A stretch of 64,000 nucleotides of DNA from Candidatus Binataceae bacterium (lineage in GTDB: Bacteria; Desulfobacterota; Binatia; Binatales; Binataceae), in NCBI GenBank assembly GCA_030041155.1, contig JASHOJ010000047.1, forward strand, positions 14,905 to 78,904, read 5' to 3'. Made by a program: the position numbers and the translations under genes. Positions 28,666-38,281 of this stretch are shown here, piece by piece. The notes under the pieces are model-generated. The model searched no databases and had not been told where the DNA came from. It saw only the letters and a program-made list of their open reading frames with translations. Every line of letters starts with the position of its first letter. Position 1 is the stretch's first letter.

Positions 28666-29562
28666 TCAGCGAAGCGAACCATACCAGTTCGCGATAGCCG
28701 ATCCGATCTCGTGCGGCGAGTCTTCCTGCACGAAATGAATTCCCTTTACCGTCACCTCGCGCTGATTTGGCCATCCGCGGCAAAAATCGCGCTGCACACC
28801 GGTCAGGATCGCGCCCGGATCGGCGTTGATGAAAAGCTTGGGAATCGTACTCGCCGCGAGCCAATCCGCATAGCCTTGCACCACCGCGACCACGTCGTCC
28901 GGGTCGCCATCGATCGGGATTTCGCGCGGCCAGGTAAGAGTTGGGCGGCGCGATTCGCCCGCTTCAGCGAACGGTTTGCGGTAATTGTCCATCTCTTCAG
29001 CGCTGAGCTTGCGGATGATGCTGCCGGGCAGAATTCGCTCGACAAAAACGTTGCGATTCAGAATCAAGTCCTCGCCCGCGGGACTGCGCAGCGTCTTGAA
29101 CAAGTCGCGCGCGGCGTCAGGCCACTCGGACCATTTGAGAGGCCGCACGATCGCTTCCATGTACGCGATTCCCCGCACGCGGTCAGAGTGCCGGCGCGCC
29201 CATTCGAAGCCGAGCGCCGATCCCCAATCGTGAACCACCAGCGTCACTCGTCCGTTCGGCGCCGCCGCCGCAAGCAAAGCGTCCAGATGCACCGCGTGAT
29301 CGGCGAAGCGGTAAGTCTCCGAGACGGTGCGGCCCGACGCGCCCATTCCGACCAGATCGGGCGCGACGCATCGCGCATGCGAGGCAAGACGCGGGATAAC
29401 GTTGCGCCACAGGTACGACGAGGTCGGATTGCCATGGATCAGGACTATGGTATCGCGGCCGTCGCCGGCGTGACCGGTATCGACATACGCCATCGAGGTG
29501 CCGAGCACTTCCGCGCGTTTGCGGGGATAGGGATCGGTTGCGGAAATTTCGCCGGTGCTCAT
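28666..29562 (-). CDS. alpha/beta hydrolase, haloalkane-dehalogenase-like
   Basis: IVLIHGNPTSSYLWR, the HDWGSALGF nucleophile elbow (Asp nucleophile) and a C-terminal His. Confidence 0.75.
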   Translation of the reverse strand: MSTGEISATDPYPRKRAEVLGTSMAYVDTGHAGDGRDTIVLIHGNPTSSYLWRNVIPRLASHARCVAPDLVGMGASGRTVSETYRFADHAVHLDALLAAAAPNGRVTLVVHDWGSALGFEWARRHSDRVRGIAYMEAIVRPLKWSEWPDAARDLFKTLRSPAGEDLILNRNVFVERILPGSIIRKLSAEEMDNYRKPFAEAGESRRPTLTWPREIPIDGDPDDVVAVVQGYADWLAASTIPKLFINADPGAILTGVQRDFCRGWPNQREVTVKGIHFVQEDSPHEIGSAIANWYGSLR

Positions 29563-29597
29563 AGCAGGATGCTCCGGGAGAATAGCGATCGGATAAT

Positions 29598-29619
29598 GGT
29601 TAAGTCGGGAAACTTAACC
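29598..29619. promoter_or_regulatory. 8-bp inverted repeat (candidate operator) in the divergent promoter region
   Basis: GGTTAAGT-cgggaa-ACTTAACC, between the hydrolase start and the FAD oxidase start. Confidence 0.3.
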
Positions 29620-29749
29620 GATTAATACGGCGTTGTGGTAGCGCACGCAACCTGAAATCGCGCCGCTTGCGCGCGCAGTTTGAGCGGGCGCAAGATCGCC
29701 GCAGCCGGCAATCAGCCGCCGTGCGTAAGAGCGTCATCAGGAGAACATC

Positions 29750-31357
29750 ATGGCGGAGCGAAGGCGCAAATTCTGGGGATGGGGCTACGAAGACCAGGGT
29801 CCGAATCCCGAGCAGCAAAAGCATATGGCGGAGCGGATGGCGGCGCGATTCGGATTGAGCGAGCTTCCAATCACTCCGCCGCCCACAGAAAGCGAGCTCA
29901 AGTTGCGCGCGCCCCGCGCGGCTGCGCCTGCGGCGCTCAGCGAAATCTGCTCGTCTTCGACGTATGAGCGCGCACTGCACAGCTACGGACGCGGATTCGG
30001 CGATATCGTGCGCGCCTTTCGCCGCGATTTTTCGAACCCGTTCGACGTGGTTGCATATCCGCGCGACGAGCGCGACATCGTGCGCCTGCTCGAATGGTGC
30101 GACGGCGCAAAGCTTGCGGCGGTTCCGTTCGGCGGCGGATCGAGCGTGGTTGGCGGCGTCGAGCCTCCCAAGGGAGATAGGTTGCGCGGCGCGGTTTCGA
30201 TCGATCTGAGCAAACTCGATCGCGTATTGGAGGTCGACAAAACCTCGCGCGCGGCACGGATTCAGGCCGGCGTGCTCGGTCCCGCGCTGGAAGACCAGCT
30301 CCGTCCGCACGGATATACGCTGAGGCACTTTCCGCAGTCGTTCGAGTTTTCGAGCCTGGGCGGATGGATTGCCACGCGATCCGGCGGCCATTTCGCGACC
30401 TTGTACACGCATATCGACGATTTCGTCGAGTCGCTGCGCGTGGTCACGCCGACCGGAACTCTCGAAACTCGGCGGCTGCCCGGCTCGGGCGCGGGTCCGA
30501 GTCCGGACCGGATGTTTATCGGATCGGAGGGGATTCTCGGCATCATCACCGAGGCCTGGATGCGCTTGCAGGATCGGCCCGAGTTTCGCGCCAGTGCATC
30601 GGTCGCGTTTCCCGATTTCATGTCTGGCGCGGCGGCGGTCCGGCAGATCGCGCAGGCGGGTCTGTATCCCGCCAACTGCCGCCTGCTCGATCCTGGTGAG
30701 GCGCAGAATTCGGGCGCGAGCGACGGCAGCACGGCGGTGCTGGTGCTCGCGTTCGAGTCGAAAGACCATGCGCTGGAGCCGTGGATGAAACGGGCGCTCG
30801 AGTGCTGCGCCGATCACGGCGGAAAAGTTCCGCAAGAGGCCGGCCGCACACGAACCGATTCGGCCGCGACTCACGAAGGCGCCGCCGGCGCATGGCGCAA
30901 CGCGTTTATCAACGCGCCGTACCTGCGCGACACGGTGGTTGCGATGGGGATGGTCAGCGAGACGTTCGAGACCTCGATCACGTGGGATCGATTTCCGAAT
31001 TTTCACGCTAAGCTGATGGAATGCGCGACCGATATGGTGCGGCGCGTGTGCGGCAAGGGGACGGTGACGTGCCGCTTCACCCACGCTTATCCCGACGGGC
31101 CCGCGCCCTATTACACGGTGCTTGCGCCGGGCAAAAAGAACTCGCAGATCGAGCAGTGGGGCGAAATCAAGCAGGCGGTTTCGGATCTTCTGATCGATCT
31201 CGGCGGCACGATCACGCATCATCACGCGGTCGGCAGAGACCATCGCAGATGGTACGATCGGCAGCGTCCTGAAGCCTTCGCACGCGCTCTGAAAGCGGCC
31301 AAGCGCGAGCTGGATCCGCGCGGTATCCTGAATCCCGGCGTGTTGATCGATCCGTAG
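29750..31357 (+). CDS. FAD-linked oxidase, alkyldihydroxyacetonephosphate-synthase (AGPS)-like
   Basis: N-terminal FWGWGYED segment characteristic of AGPS, a PCMH-type FAD-binding domain (AVPFGGGSSVVGG) and a C-terminal VAO domain. Confidence 0.7.
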   Translation: MAERRRKFWGWGYEDQGPNPEQQKHMAERMAARFGLSELPITPPPTESELKLRAPRAAAPAALSEICSSSTYERALHSYGRGFGDIVRAFRRDFSNPFDVVAYPRDERDIVRLLEWCDGAKLAAVPFGGGSSVVGGVEPPKGDRLRGAVSIDLSKLDRVLEVDKTSRAARIQAGVLGPALEDQLRPHGYTLRHFPQSFEFSSLGGWIATRSGGHFATLYTHIDDFVESLRVVTPTGTLETRRLPGSGAGPSPDRMFIGSEGILGIITEAWMRLQDRPEFRASASVAFPDFMSGAAAVRQIAQAGLYPANCRLLDPGEAQNSGASDGSTAVLVLAFESKDHALEPWMKRALECCADHGGKVPQEAGRTRTDSAATHEGAAGAWRNAFINAPYLRDTVVAMGMVSETFETSITWDRFPNFHAKLMECATDMVRRVCGKGTVTCRFTHAYPDGPAPYYTVLAPGKKNSQIEQWGEIKQAVSDLLIDLGGTITHHHAVGRDHRRWYDRQRPEAFARALKAAKRELDPRGILNPGVLIDP

Positions 31358-31421
31358 GGCCTCGGCGCGCGGTGCTCGCTCGGGATAAGATCACGAGGCG
31401 CGCACCCTCACCCTCGCGTCA

Positions 31422-31452
31422 CGATTCCTGCGACAAAGGAGCGCAGGAATCG
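31422..31452. terminator. 11-bp perfect stem-loop between convergent genes (bidirectional terminator-like; no U-tract)
   Basis: CGATTCCTGCG-acaaaggag-CGCAGGAATCG. Confidence 0.35.
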
Positions 31453-31499
31453 CGCCGCTCTCCCTCTCCCGGCGGGCGAGGGCATCCGTAGTTGCGGCG

Positions 31500-31817
31500 C
31501 TAGTCGTCGATGCCGAGTTTGCGGCGCGCCTCTTCGCTCATCATATGCGGCGTCCATGGCGGATCCCACACGATTTCCACGTTCGCGTCGCCGCATCCGG
31601 GCAGCCCCAGCAGCTTGTCCTGGATTTCCTGCGTGATCATCGCGCCGAGATGGCATCCGGGCGCGGTCAGCGTCATCGTGACGTTGATGTTCGCGCCGTC
31701 GAGCGTGACCGCATAGACAAGGCCCAGGTCAACGATGTTGACCGGAATTTCGGGGTCGTAGCATTCGCGCAGCACCTCGTAAACGTCGGCCTCGGTGATT
31801 GCGAGCGAATTATCCAT
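31500..31817 (-). CDS. DUF59/MIP18-family Fe-S cluster assembly protein (SufT/PaaD-like)
   Basis: LRECYDPEIPVNIVDLGLVY...TAPGCHLG conserved-Cys motif. Start taken at the internal Met. Confidence 0.65.
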   Translation of the reverse strand: MDNSLAITEADVYEVLRECYDPEIPVNIVDLGLVYAVTLDGANINVTMTLTAPGCHLGAMITQEIQDKLLGLPGCGDANVEIVWDPPWTPHMMSEEARRKLGIDD

Positions 31818-31940
31818 CGGCGTGCGAGGTATTATATAAAAGAACTGCCGTCGAGGCATACGCAGCCAAATCGCGGCATGCGCGCCGATAGTCGGATAGC
31901 AGACGGCGCGAAACTCTTAATGCATCAGGAGGGCAGTTAT

Positions 31941-32132
31941 ATGAAGAACCTCGGAATCGTCATCCTGCTGGTTGGCGCGCTGTTGTGCTGCCTCACGATA
32001 TTGATCGCAGCTCACGCGACCGGAGAAAACCAGGTCGCCTCTGTTGCGGTCGCGCTAGCCTCGATAGGTGTGGTCATGGCCGGCTCTGTCCTGGTACGGG
32101 CATCGGGTCAGACTGAACCAGTGCAAAGATGA
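31941..32132 (+). CDS. small hydrophobic protein (63 aa, two TM helices)
   Basis: AGGAGGG ribosome-binding site 7 nt upstream of the ATG. The ORF is nested in the frame of a longer spurious ORF. Confidence 0.4.
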   Translation: MKNLGIVILLVGALLCCLTILIAAHATGENQVASVAVALASIGVVMAGSVLVRASGQTEPVQR

Positions 32133-32183
32133 CGAGGATCGTTCGCCGCGGATTGTCGCGCGTCAACGAGGAGTGAATCGAGC

Positions 32184-32534
32184 ATGGCGGACCGCACCAA
32201 GGAAGAACTTTACGACGACGCGATCGACCTCTTCGCGGACGACAAGTTTGCCGACGCGATCGAGGTCTACAAGCGCGCGCTCGAAATCGATCCCAGTTAC
32301 ACCGACGCGGTTCACGGGCTTGCGATGTGCTATCAGGCGCTGGGCGATCTCGACTCGGCGATCGAAGTGACCAAGCGCCACATCGAGCAGGATCCCGAGG
32401 ACATCCTGGCGTTCACCAATCTCAGCATGTTCTATCAGAAGCAGGGAAAAATTAAGGAAGCAGAAGCCGCCGGCGCCGAGGCGCGCCGACTCGATTGGAA
32501 GCGGCAATTGCGCGAGGGCAAGGCGAAATCGTAA
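32184..32534 (+). CDS. TPR-repeat protein
   Basis: AIEVYKRALEIDPSYTDAVHGLAMCY tetratricopeptide repeats. GAGGAG ribosome-binding site. Confidence 0.65.
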   Translation: MADRTKEELYDDAIDLFADDKFADAIEVYKRALEIDPSYTDAVHGLAMCYQALGDLDSAIEVTKRHIEQDPEDILAFTNLSMFYQKQGKIKEAEAAGAEARRLDWKRQLREGKAKS

Positions 32535-32579
32535 GTGCCGGATTGAAACGCGCGGGCGCGAAGCCGAAAGCGAGGGGAG

Positions 32580-33338
32580 ATGAGACTCAAAGACAAGGTC
32601 GTGATGATCACTGGCGGAGGATCGGGTCTCGGACGCGAGATGGGGCTTACATTCGCGCGCGAGGGCGCGGCGATCGCGGTCAACGACATCAATCCCGAAT
32701 CCGCGCAGAACGTCGCGACTGAGATCGAGCGCGCGGGCGGCAAGGCGCGTCCGTTTGTCGCGGACGTGTCGTCCAGCTTGGCGGTCCGCCGCATGTTCGC
32801 GGACTTTGTGGCGGCGTTTGGCCGAATTGACGTGCTGGTCAACAACGCAGGTATCGGGCGCACACGCGAAACCGATGAGCTAAGCGGCCTGCAGGATCTG
32901 CCTGACGAAGATTGGCACAAGATGCTGGCGACGCATCTCGACTCGACGTTCTATTGCACCCGCGAGGCGCTGAAGCTGATGATCCCGCGCGGCGCGGGCC
33001 GCATCATCAACCTTGGATCGATAGCCGGAACGACGGGGCTTGGCGGCGCGGTTGCGTACTCGACCGCGAAGGGCGGGATCATCTCGTTCACCAAGGCGCT
33101 CGCCAAGGAAGTCGTGCAGCAGGGAATCCTGGTCAACTGTATCGCTCCCGGCTTTATCGAGACTCCGATGACGGCGCCGATCACGGATGAGATGAAGCAG
33201 TACTTCACGATGCTCACGCCGATCGGGCGTTTCGGCCAGCCGCGCGATATCGCGTGTGCGGCGCTGTTTCTTGCCTGCGACGAATCGAACTTCATGGTCG
33301 GTCAGGTGGTCAGTCCGAATGGCGGTTTCGTGATCTAG
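32580..33338 (+). CDS. SDR-family 3-oxoacyl-ACP-reductase-like oxidoreductase
   Basis: TGGGSGLG Rossmann motif, NNAG motif and a YSTAKGG active site. Confidence 0.8.
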   Translation: MRLKDKVVMITGGGSGLGREMGLTFAREGAAIAVNDINPESAQNVATEIERAGGKARPFVADVSSSLAVRRMFADFVAAFGRIDVLVNNAGIGRTRETDELSGLQDLPDEDWHKMLATHLDSTFYCTREALKLMIPRGAGRIINLGSIAGTTGLGGAVAYSTAKGGIISFTKALAKEVVQQGILVNCIAPGFIETPMTAPITDEMKQYFTMLTPIGRFGQPRDIACAALFLACDESNFMVGQVVSPNGGFVI

Positions 33339-33374
33339 CGGCCTCGCCATGGCGGCGGGCAGGAGGGAACTGCG

Positions 33375-34010
33375 ATGTACCTGAATCTGGTGAGTTTTAA
33401 TTTTCGCAGCGCAGACACCGACGCCGAGGAGCGAAACTATTTCTCGAACCACGTGCCGCTCGCGCGGCGTCTGGCGGGCCTCAAGTTTTACTACACCGGG
33501 CGCTTGATGAAGGTGCAGGGACGCGACCCCGACCGCTTCCGCGCTGCGATCCTGGGCTATGACAGCGCGGAGGCCGCCGCGGCCGCGATGACTCCGGAGG
33601 CGACGGCGGAACTGATTGCCGACTCGCGAGCGCATCTGAAAGATCTGTCATCGGTTGCGATAAGCGGCGAGGTCGTCCTGCCGTTCGAGAAGCGGCGCCA
33701 GGGTGACCGCTGCCTGATAATGGCCGCGGAGTTCAATTTTACCGACGGCGCGCGCGATCTGGCGGGCGCGGAGAAGCATTACCGCGAGACCCACGTTGAG
33801 CTCGCGCGCAAGCTGCCGGGCCTGCGCCATTACGTGATCGGGAAAATCGCCGGCGGCGATCGGCATCGGATGGCGGTGCTGGCGTTCGACTCGCTGGACG
33901 CGCTGCGCGACGCTTACCGATCACCGGAGGGCCTGGCGCTCGTTCGCGACGAGCAGGCGACGATTGCCGACGCGAGGGTGCGCCGTATCGACGCGCAGGT
34001 CGAGCTGTAG
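33375..34010 (+). CDS. tandem EthD-like (dimeric alpha/beta-barrel) domain protein
   Basis: Internal duplication: NFRSADTDAEERNYFSNHVPLARRLAGLKFY pairs with NFTDGARDLAGAEKHYRETHVELARKLPGLRHY. Confidence 0.45.
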   Translation: MYLNLVSFNFRSADTDAEERNYFSNHVPLARRLAGLKFYYTGRLMKVQGRDPDRFRAAILGYDSAEAAAAAMTPEATAELIADSRAHLKDLSSVAISGEVVLPFEKRRQGDRCLIMAAEFNFTDGARDLAGAEKHYRETHVELARKLPGLRHYVIGKIAGGDRHRMAVLAFDSLDALRDAYRSPEGLALVRDEQATIADARVRRIDAQVEL

Positions 34011-34121
34011 CCGTCTTCTAGATCGCTCGCCGCGCCCAAACGGCGCGATTTCTCAAGACTTCGGCCTGGGGTTCTGCAATTCTTATCGCGACGGGAGCGA
34101 TGGCTGCATTCCCGCGGACAA

Positions 34122-35675
34122 ATGGGTCAGAGAGCCGCCGGTGTTCTTATTCCGCTGTTTTCAACGCGCGTCGGCGATGATCTGGGCCGCGGCGACATCC
34201 TGAATCTCGCGCCGATGATCGATTTCGCTCGCGATGCCGGCTTGAGCATCATTCAGCTTCTGCCGCTTGACGAGACCGCACCCGACGAGAACAGCCCTTA
34301 CAGCGCGATGAGCGTGCTCGCGATCGATCCGATCTATATAGCGATGCGCGGGGTGCCGAACATCGGACGCATCTCGCTGGCTCGCGCAAGGTCGCGCGTA
34401 GGCCGGGGACGCGGGGTTTCGCGGGGCGTTCTGAGGCCGGTCGTTTTGCCGCTGCTCGAACGGGCGTTCAGATCGGCGCGGCGCGGGCGCAAGCTCGAGT
34501 CGGATGAAGGATTTGCGAAGTTCCAGGACTTGAATCGCGACTGGCTGCCCGAATACGCGCTGTTCCGCGCGCTGAAGGAGCGCTTTTCGTGGGAGAGCTG
34601 GGAGGAGTGGCCGCGCGACCTGGCGCATCATGAGCCCGCCGCGGTGGAAACGGCGCGGCGCGAACTTGCACAGCCAATCGCGATGTACTCGTGGTGGCAA
34701 TACCTTGCCGCGACGCAGTGGAACGCGATGCGCTCGTACGCGCACGATCGCGGCGTGTGGCTGGCCGGAGATATCGCATTCTCACCGGCGCGCGAAAGCG
34801 CGGAGGTGTGGGCGAATCAGGAGATGTTCGATCTCACTCGCACAGTGGGCGCTCCCCCCGATGCTTTCAACCAAAAAGGCCAAAGATGGGGACTGCCGCT
34901 GCCCAATTGGGAGGCGATGCGCGCCGGCAATTTCAAGCTCTGGGAAACGCGCGCGCGGCGCGCCGGCGCAATGTTCGATTTGATTCGGATCGATCACGTA
35001 GTCGGCCTGTATAGAACGTTCTCATTCGGCAACGACTCCGACGCAGAGGGACATTTTTCTCCTCAGGATCGAGACGATCAGATAGAGCAGGGCGAGCGGA
35101 TGATGCGCGCGCTGAGCGCGGCAGCCGCGCCATGCGCGTTCGTGGCGGAGGATTTGGGATCGGTGCCGGAATGGGTGCGCGAATCGCTCACCCGCATGAA
35201 TGTTCCCGGCTACAAAGTCATGCGATGGGAACGCATCGGGTGGGACACGCCGCACGAGCGGTTCGTCGCCCCCTCCGCATACCCCGAGCTTTCAGTTGCC
35301 ACCACTGGAACCCACGATACTGAAACGGTTGCCGAATGGTGGCGCGAGCTGGATGCCGCCAGTCGCGAGAAGTTCTGCTCCGCGCTCCATATATGCGACC
35401 GGATGAGGCCCGACTGTCCCAGGCTGCACGAAAGCTCGCTCGACGCGATCGTGGAAACGCTTTACGCGGCGCCCTCGCGATACGTGATTCTGCCGGTCCA
35501 GGATTTCTTCGGATGGACCGCGCGGATTAATCGGCCCGGAACGATAAACGAGTCCAACTGGACCTATCGTCTTCCGCTCACGATAGAACGGCTCCGGCAA
35601 AACCCCTGGGTCGCGGCGCGAATCATAAAACTGCGCGAGCTTGCGCGGAAGTGCGGCAGAACTCCGGCGGCCTGA
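34122..35675 (+). CDS. malQ: 4-alpha-glucanotransferase (amylomaltase, GH77)
   Basis: GVLIPLFS...LLPL N-terminus, RIDHVVGLYR catalytic region and PGYKVMRWE. Confidence 0.8.
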   Translation: MGQRAAGVLIPLFSTRVGDDLGRGDILNLAPMIDFARDAGLSIIQLLPLDETAPDENSPYSAMSVLAIDPIYIAMRGVPNIGRISLARARSRVGRGRGVSRGVLRPVVLPLLERAFRSARRGRKLESDEGFAKFQDLNRDWLPEYALFRALKERFSWESWEEWPRDLAHHEPAAVETARRELAQPIAMYSWWQYLAATQWNAMRSYAHDRGVWLAGDIAFSPARESAEVWANQEMFDLTRTVGAPPDAFNQKGQRWGLPLPNWEAMRAGNFKLWETRARRAGAMFDLIRIDHVVGLYRTFSFGNDSDAEGHFSPQDRDDQIEQGERMMRALSAAAAPCAFVAEDLGSVPEWVRESLTRMNVPGYKVMRWERIGWDTPHERFVAPSAYPELSVATTGTHDTETVAEWWRELDAASREKFCSALHICDRMRPDCPRLHESSLDAIVETLYAAPSRYVILPVQDFFGWTARINRPGTINESNWTYRLPLTIERLRQNPWVAARIIKLRELARKCGRTPAA

Positions 35676-35718
35676 GGGCGCGCCACATCAGATTTGCCGG
35701 CGCAGTCGTGGGCGGCTA

Positions 35719-36882
35719 TCACGCTTCGCGCAATGATTCGATTACGCCCATCCGTGCGGCGCGCCAGGCCGGCAATACTCCTCCAAGCACGCCGATTATC
35801 AGCGCCGCGATTAGTCCCGACGCAAACGCCGACGGAGTCAGGCGAAACGAGAAGATAAACGTCGCCACGCTCATCAGGCGGCTTTCGAGCCCGGACCCAT
35901 ACGCCACGGCGACGCCCAGAATTTCTCCGGCAATTCCGCCGGCCAGTCCCAGCACCGCGCTTTCGATGATGAAGCTGGCAAGAATATGCCCGCGGCTGAA
36001 ACCGAGCGCGCGCAGAACGCCGACCTCGCGCGAGCGGCGCGCGACCGCCGCGTACATCGTGTTCATCCCGCCGAACACCGCCCCGATAGCGAGGATAATC
36101 GCGACCACCACGCCGATGTTGCGAAGCTGATCGGCGAGGTTCGATTGATTGGCATAGAAGCGCGACTCCGGCGTCGCGTCGAGATCGAGCCGCGCGTCAC
36201 GGGTCAGCGCATCCTGAAAATGCGCGCCCATTCCGGGTTTGAGCGTGACGTGCAGCACTGAATAGAAGCCGCCGGTGTGGATATCCTGAGCGAGCAGATC
36301 GAGATCGGTCCATACTTCCGATTCGCGTGCGCTGCCGTGGTCGGAGAACGTACCGACGATGGTCCAGTCTCGGCGTCCGAAGTGGATCACGTGCGGCGGC
36401 GTCAGCGCGGGAAAGCGCGCCGCGAGCCGCGCGCCGACGATCATCTCCGCCTTGCCGGGGCTCGGCATGCGGCCGGTCTCAATTCGGATGCCGCGGTGAA
36501 CCTTGAACGCGATCGGATAGACGCCGCGCAGATAGGTAAAAGCGCTTGCGTCGATCGGCCCGTCGGGCGTGGGATTGAAGGCGGTTACCGTTTCGGGCGA
36601 GACCAGCGGCTGTCCCGCCGGGTCGGAGGCCATTTCAGGACGGCTGCGGATTATTTCGTACTGCTCGCGAGTGACGGTGCTCGACGCCTCCGCGGTTACG
36701 GCGCGACTCAGCACGATCCAGTCGTCCGCTTCACCCCCGCGCGTCATCGTGGCGCGAAGTCCGGCGACAAATCCAAGCAGCAGGAACAGGATCATCACGA
36801 CCAGCGCAATTCCTAGCGCGGTCATCGCGGAAGTGGTGCGCCGCACCATTATGCTGCGCAAATTGTAGCGAATCGGTACCAT
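35719..36882 (-). CDS. ABC transporter permease, FtsX/MacB-type
   Basis: One N-terminal TM helix, a large periplasmic domain, then a C-terminal three-TM FtsX domain. Confidence 0.7.
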   Translation of the reverse strand: MVPIRYNLRSIMVRRTTSAMTALGIALVVMILFLLLGFVAGLRATMTRGGEADDWIVLSRAVTAEASSTVTREQYEIIRSRPEMASDPAGQPLVSPETVTAFNPTPDGPIDASAFTYLRGVYPIAFKVHRGIRIETGRMPSPGKAEMIVGARLAARFPALTPPHVIHFGRRDWTIVGTFSDHGSARESEVWTDLDLLAQDIHTGGFYSVLHVTLKPGMGAHFQDALTRDARLDLDATPESRFYANQSNLADQLRNIGVVVAIILAIGAVFGGMNTMYAAVARRSREVGVLRALGFSRGHILASFIIESAVLGLAGGIAGEILGVAVAYGSGLESRLMSVATFIFSFRLTPSAFASGLIAALIIGVLGGVLPAWRAARMGVIESLREA

Positions 36883-36913
36883 CGCGATTTCGCCCGCGGC
36901 CCGCGCCGAGCGA

Positions 36914-38068
36914 TCAGGTAACCTGCCTAAGCGCGAGCGCGGGGGGAATCCTGAGTGCGGCGATAATCGGAATTATTCCGCTTAAGATTCCGACCGCGAC
37001 CGCGACCGCGATTGCCTGCGCGGCGCCGGCGCCAGTGACCCACAGCGCGCTCATATATCCGATCGAGCCCATCGTGGTGCCGGCTGCGAAAATCGCAAGC
37101 GCGACTCCCGCCCCGAAAACGCCGCCCGCCGCTCCGAGTGCTGCGCATTCGCCGAGCAGCATCGCGGCGATAGCGGTGCGCCCAAAGCCGAGCGTGCGCA
37201 TCACCGCGACTTCGCTCAGCCGGTCGCGCACCGTCATCGCGGTGGAATTCGCGGCTATCAGCAGCACGGTGAGGATTACGATCACGCACAGGCTCAGGAT
37301 GATCGCGCGCACATTGCCGAGGATCGAAAGGCCGCCGGCCAGCGCGTCGCTCTCGGTCAGGGTGCGGGTCTCGAAATCGGAGTTGTGGAAGGTCGCATCG
37401 ATTTCGCGAATCAGCGGCGCGACCTCGTCGGCGCGATCGACGCGAACCACAAGATTCATCGCGAGGTCGGGGTCGGGCAATCCCGCCTCGCGCCGCGCCT
37501 CCTCCAGGTAATCGCGCCGGAAGGCGAAAACATTGGGATAGCGTCCCGACGGCATCTCGCCCAGCAGCACGAACGTCAGCTTGAGATGTCCCGGGCCGGT
37601 GCCGCGCAGCGTCACTTCCTGTCCCGCGTGCCATCCGTACTTACGCATCAGGACGCGCCCGGCGAATGCGCCGCGCCGTTCCCGATAGAGCGCGCGCCGC
37701 GCCTCACCGCTTAGGTCGTAGTCGGGAAACACGTCGGCTATCTCAAGGCCCTCGGCGACCGCGAGGATCCGGTCGCTCGGATCGCGGTAGGTCGCGGGGA
37801 ACGAGGAGATCGCGACGCAGGCGGCGGCGCCGGGAATTTCACGAATCTGATCGCAGTAGCGCGCCGGCATCCCATAGAACGGCAGGCTCCGATTTATCAC
37901 GATCAGCCGGAGGGTTGCCGACGCGTCGTGAACAATCCGGTCCATCGATCCGGGCACCGAGATCAGAATCAGGTAGACGAAGGTTGCGAGCGCAATCGTC
38001 AGCGCGGTCAGGACCGTACGCCTGAGGCTGCGCCGCATGTTGCGTGCGATTAGCTTGAGCAAATACAA
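36914..38068 (-). CDS. ABC transporter permease, FtsX/MacB-type (paralogue of the downstream gene)
   Basis: Same architecture: MRTLGFGRTAIAAM FtsX motif region. Confidence 0.7.
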   Translation of the reverse strand: MYLLKLIARNMRRSLRRTVLTALTIALATFVYLILISVPGSMDRIVHDASATLRLIVINRSLPFYGMPARYCDQIREIPGAAACVAISSFPATYRDPSDRILAVAEGLEIADVFPDYDLSGEARRALYRERRGAFAGRVLMRKYGWHAGQEVTLRGTGPGHLKLTFVLLGEMPSGRYPNVFAFRRDYLEEARREAGLPDPDLAMNLVVRVDRADEVAPLIREIDATFHNSDFETRTLTESDALAGGLSILGNVRAIILSLCVIVILTVLLIAANSTAMTVRDRLSEVAVMRTLGFGRTAIAAMLLGECAALGAAGGVFGAGVALAIFAAGTTMGSIGYMSALWVTGAGAAQAIAVAVAVGILSGIIPIIAALRIPPALALRQVT

Positions 38069-38281
38069 GTCAAACTCCGCCGCGCCGACTTCGAGCCGTA
38101 TTTCAATTAGCCCTGTTTTGACGGCTGCCTCGCGATCGCGGTCCCCATCCGCGCGTGACCAAAAGTCATCGCGAAACGCGCGCCAACTTTTGTACCCGCG
38201 CGCGCGATTGATTTCAAACCCGCCGTTGTTAGCGCGGCGCCGCTGTGACTATAACCAAGTCAAACGCGGAGGCGACTTAGC

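Noticed and set aside
29600-31243. 547-aa minus-strand ORF
   Set aside because: Fully antisense to the well-supported AGPS-like FAD oxidase. Arg/Ala-rich low-complexity translation typical of high-GC antisense frames.
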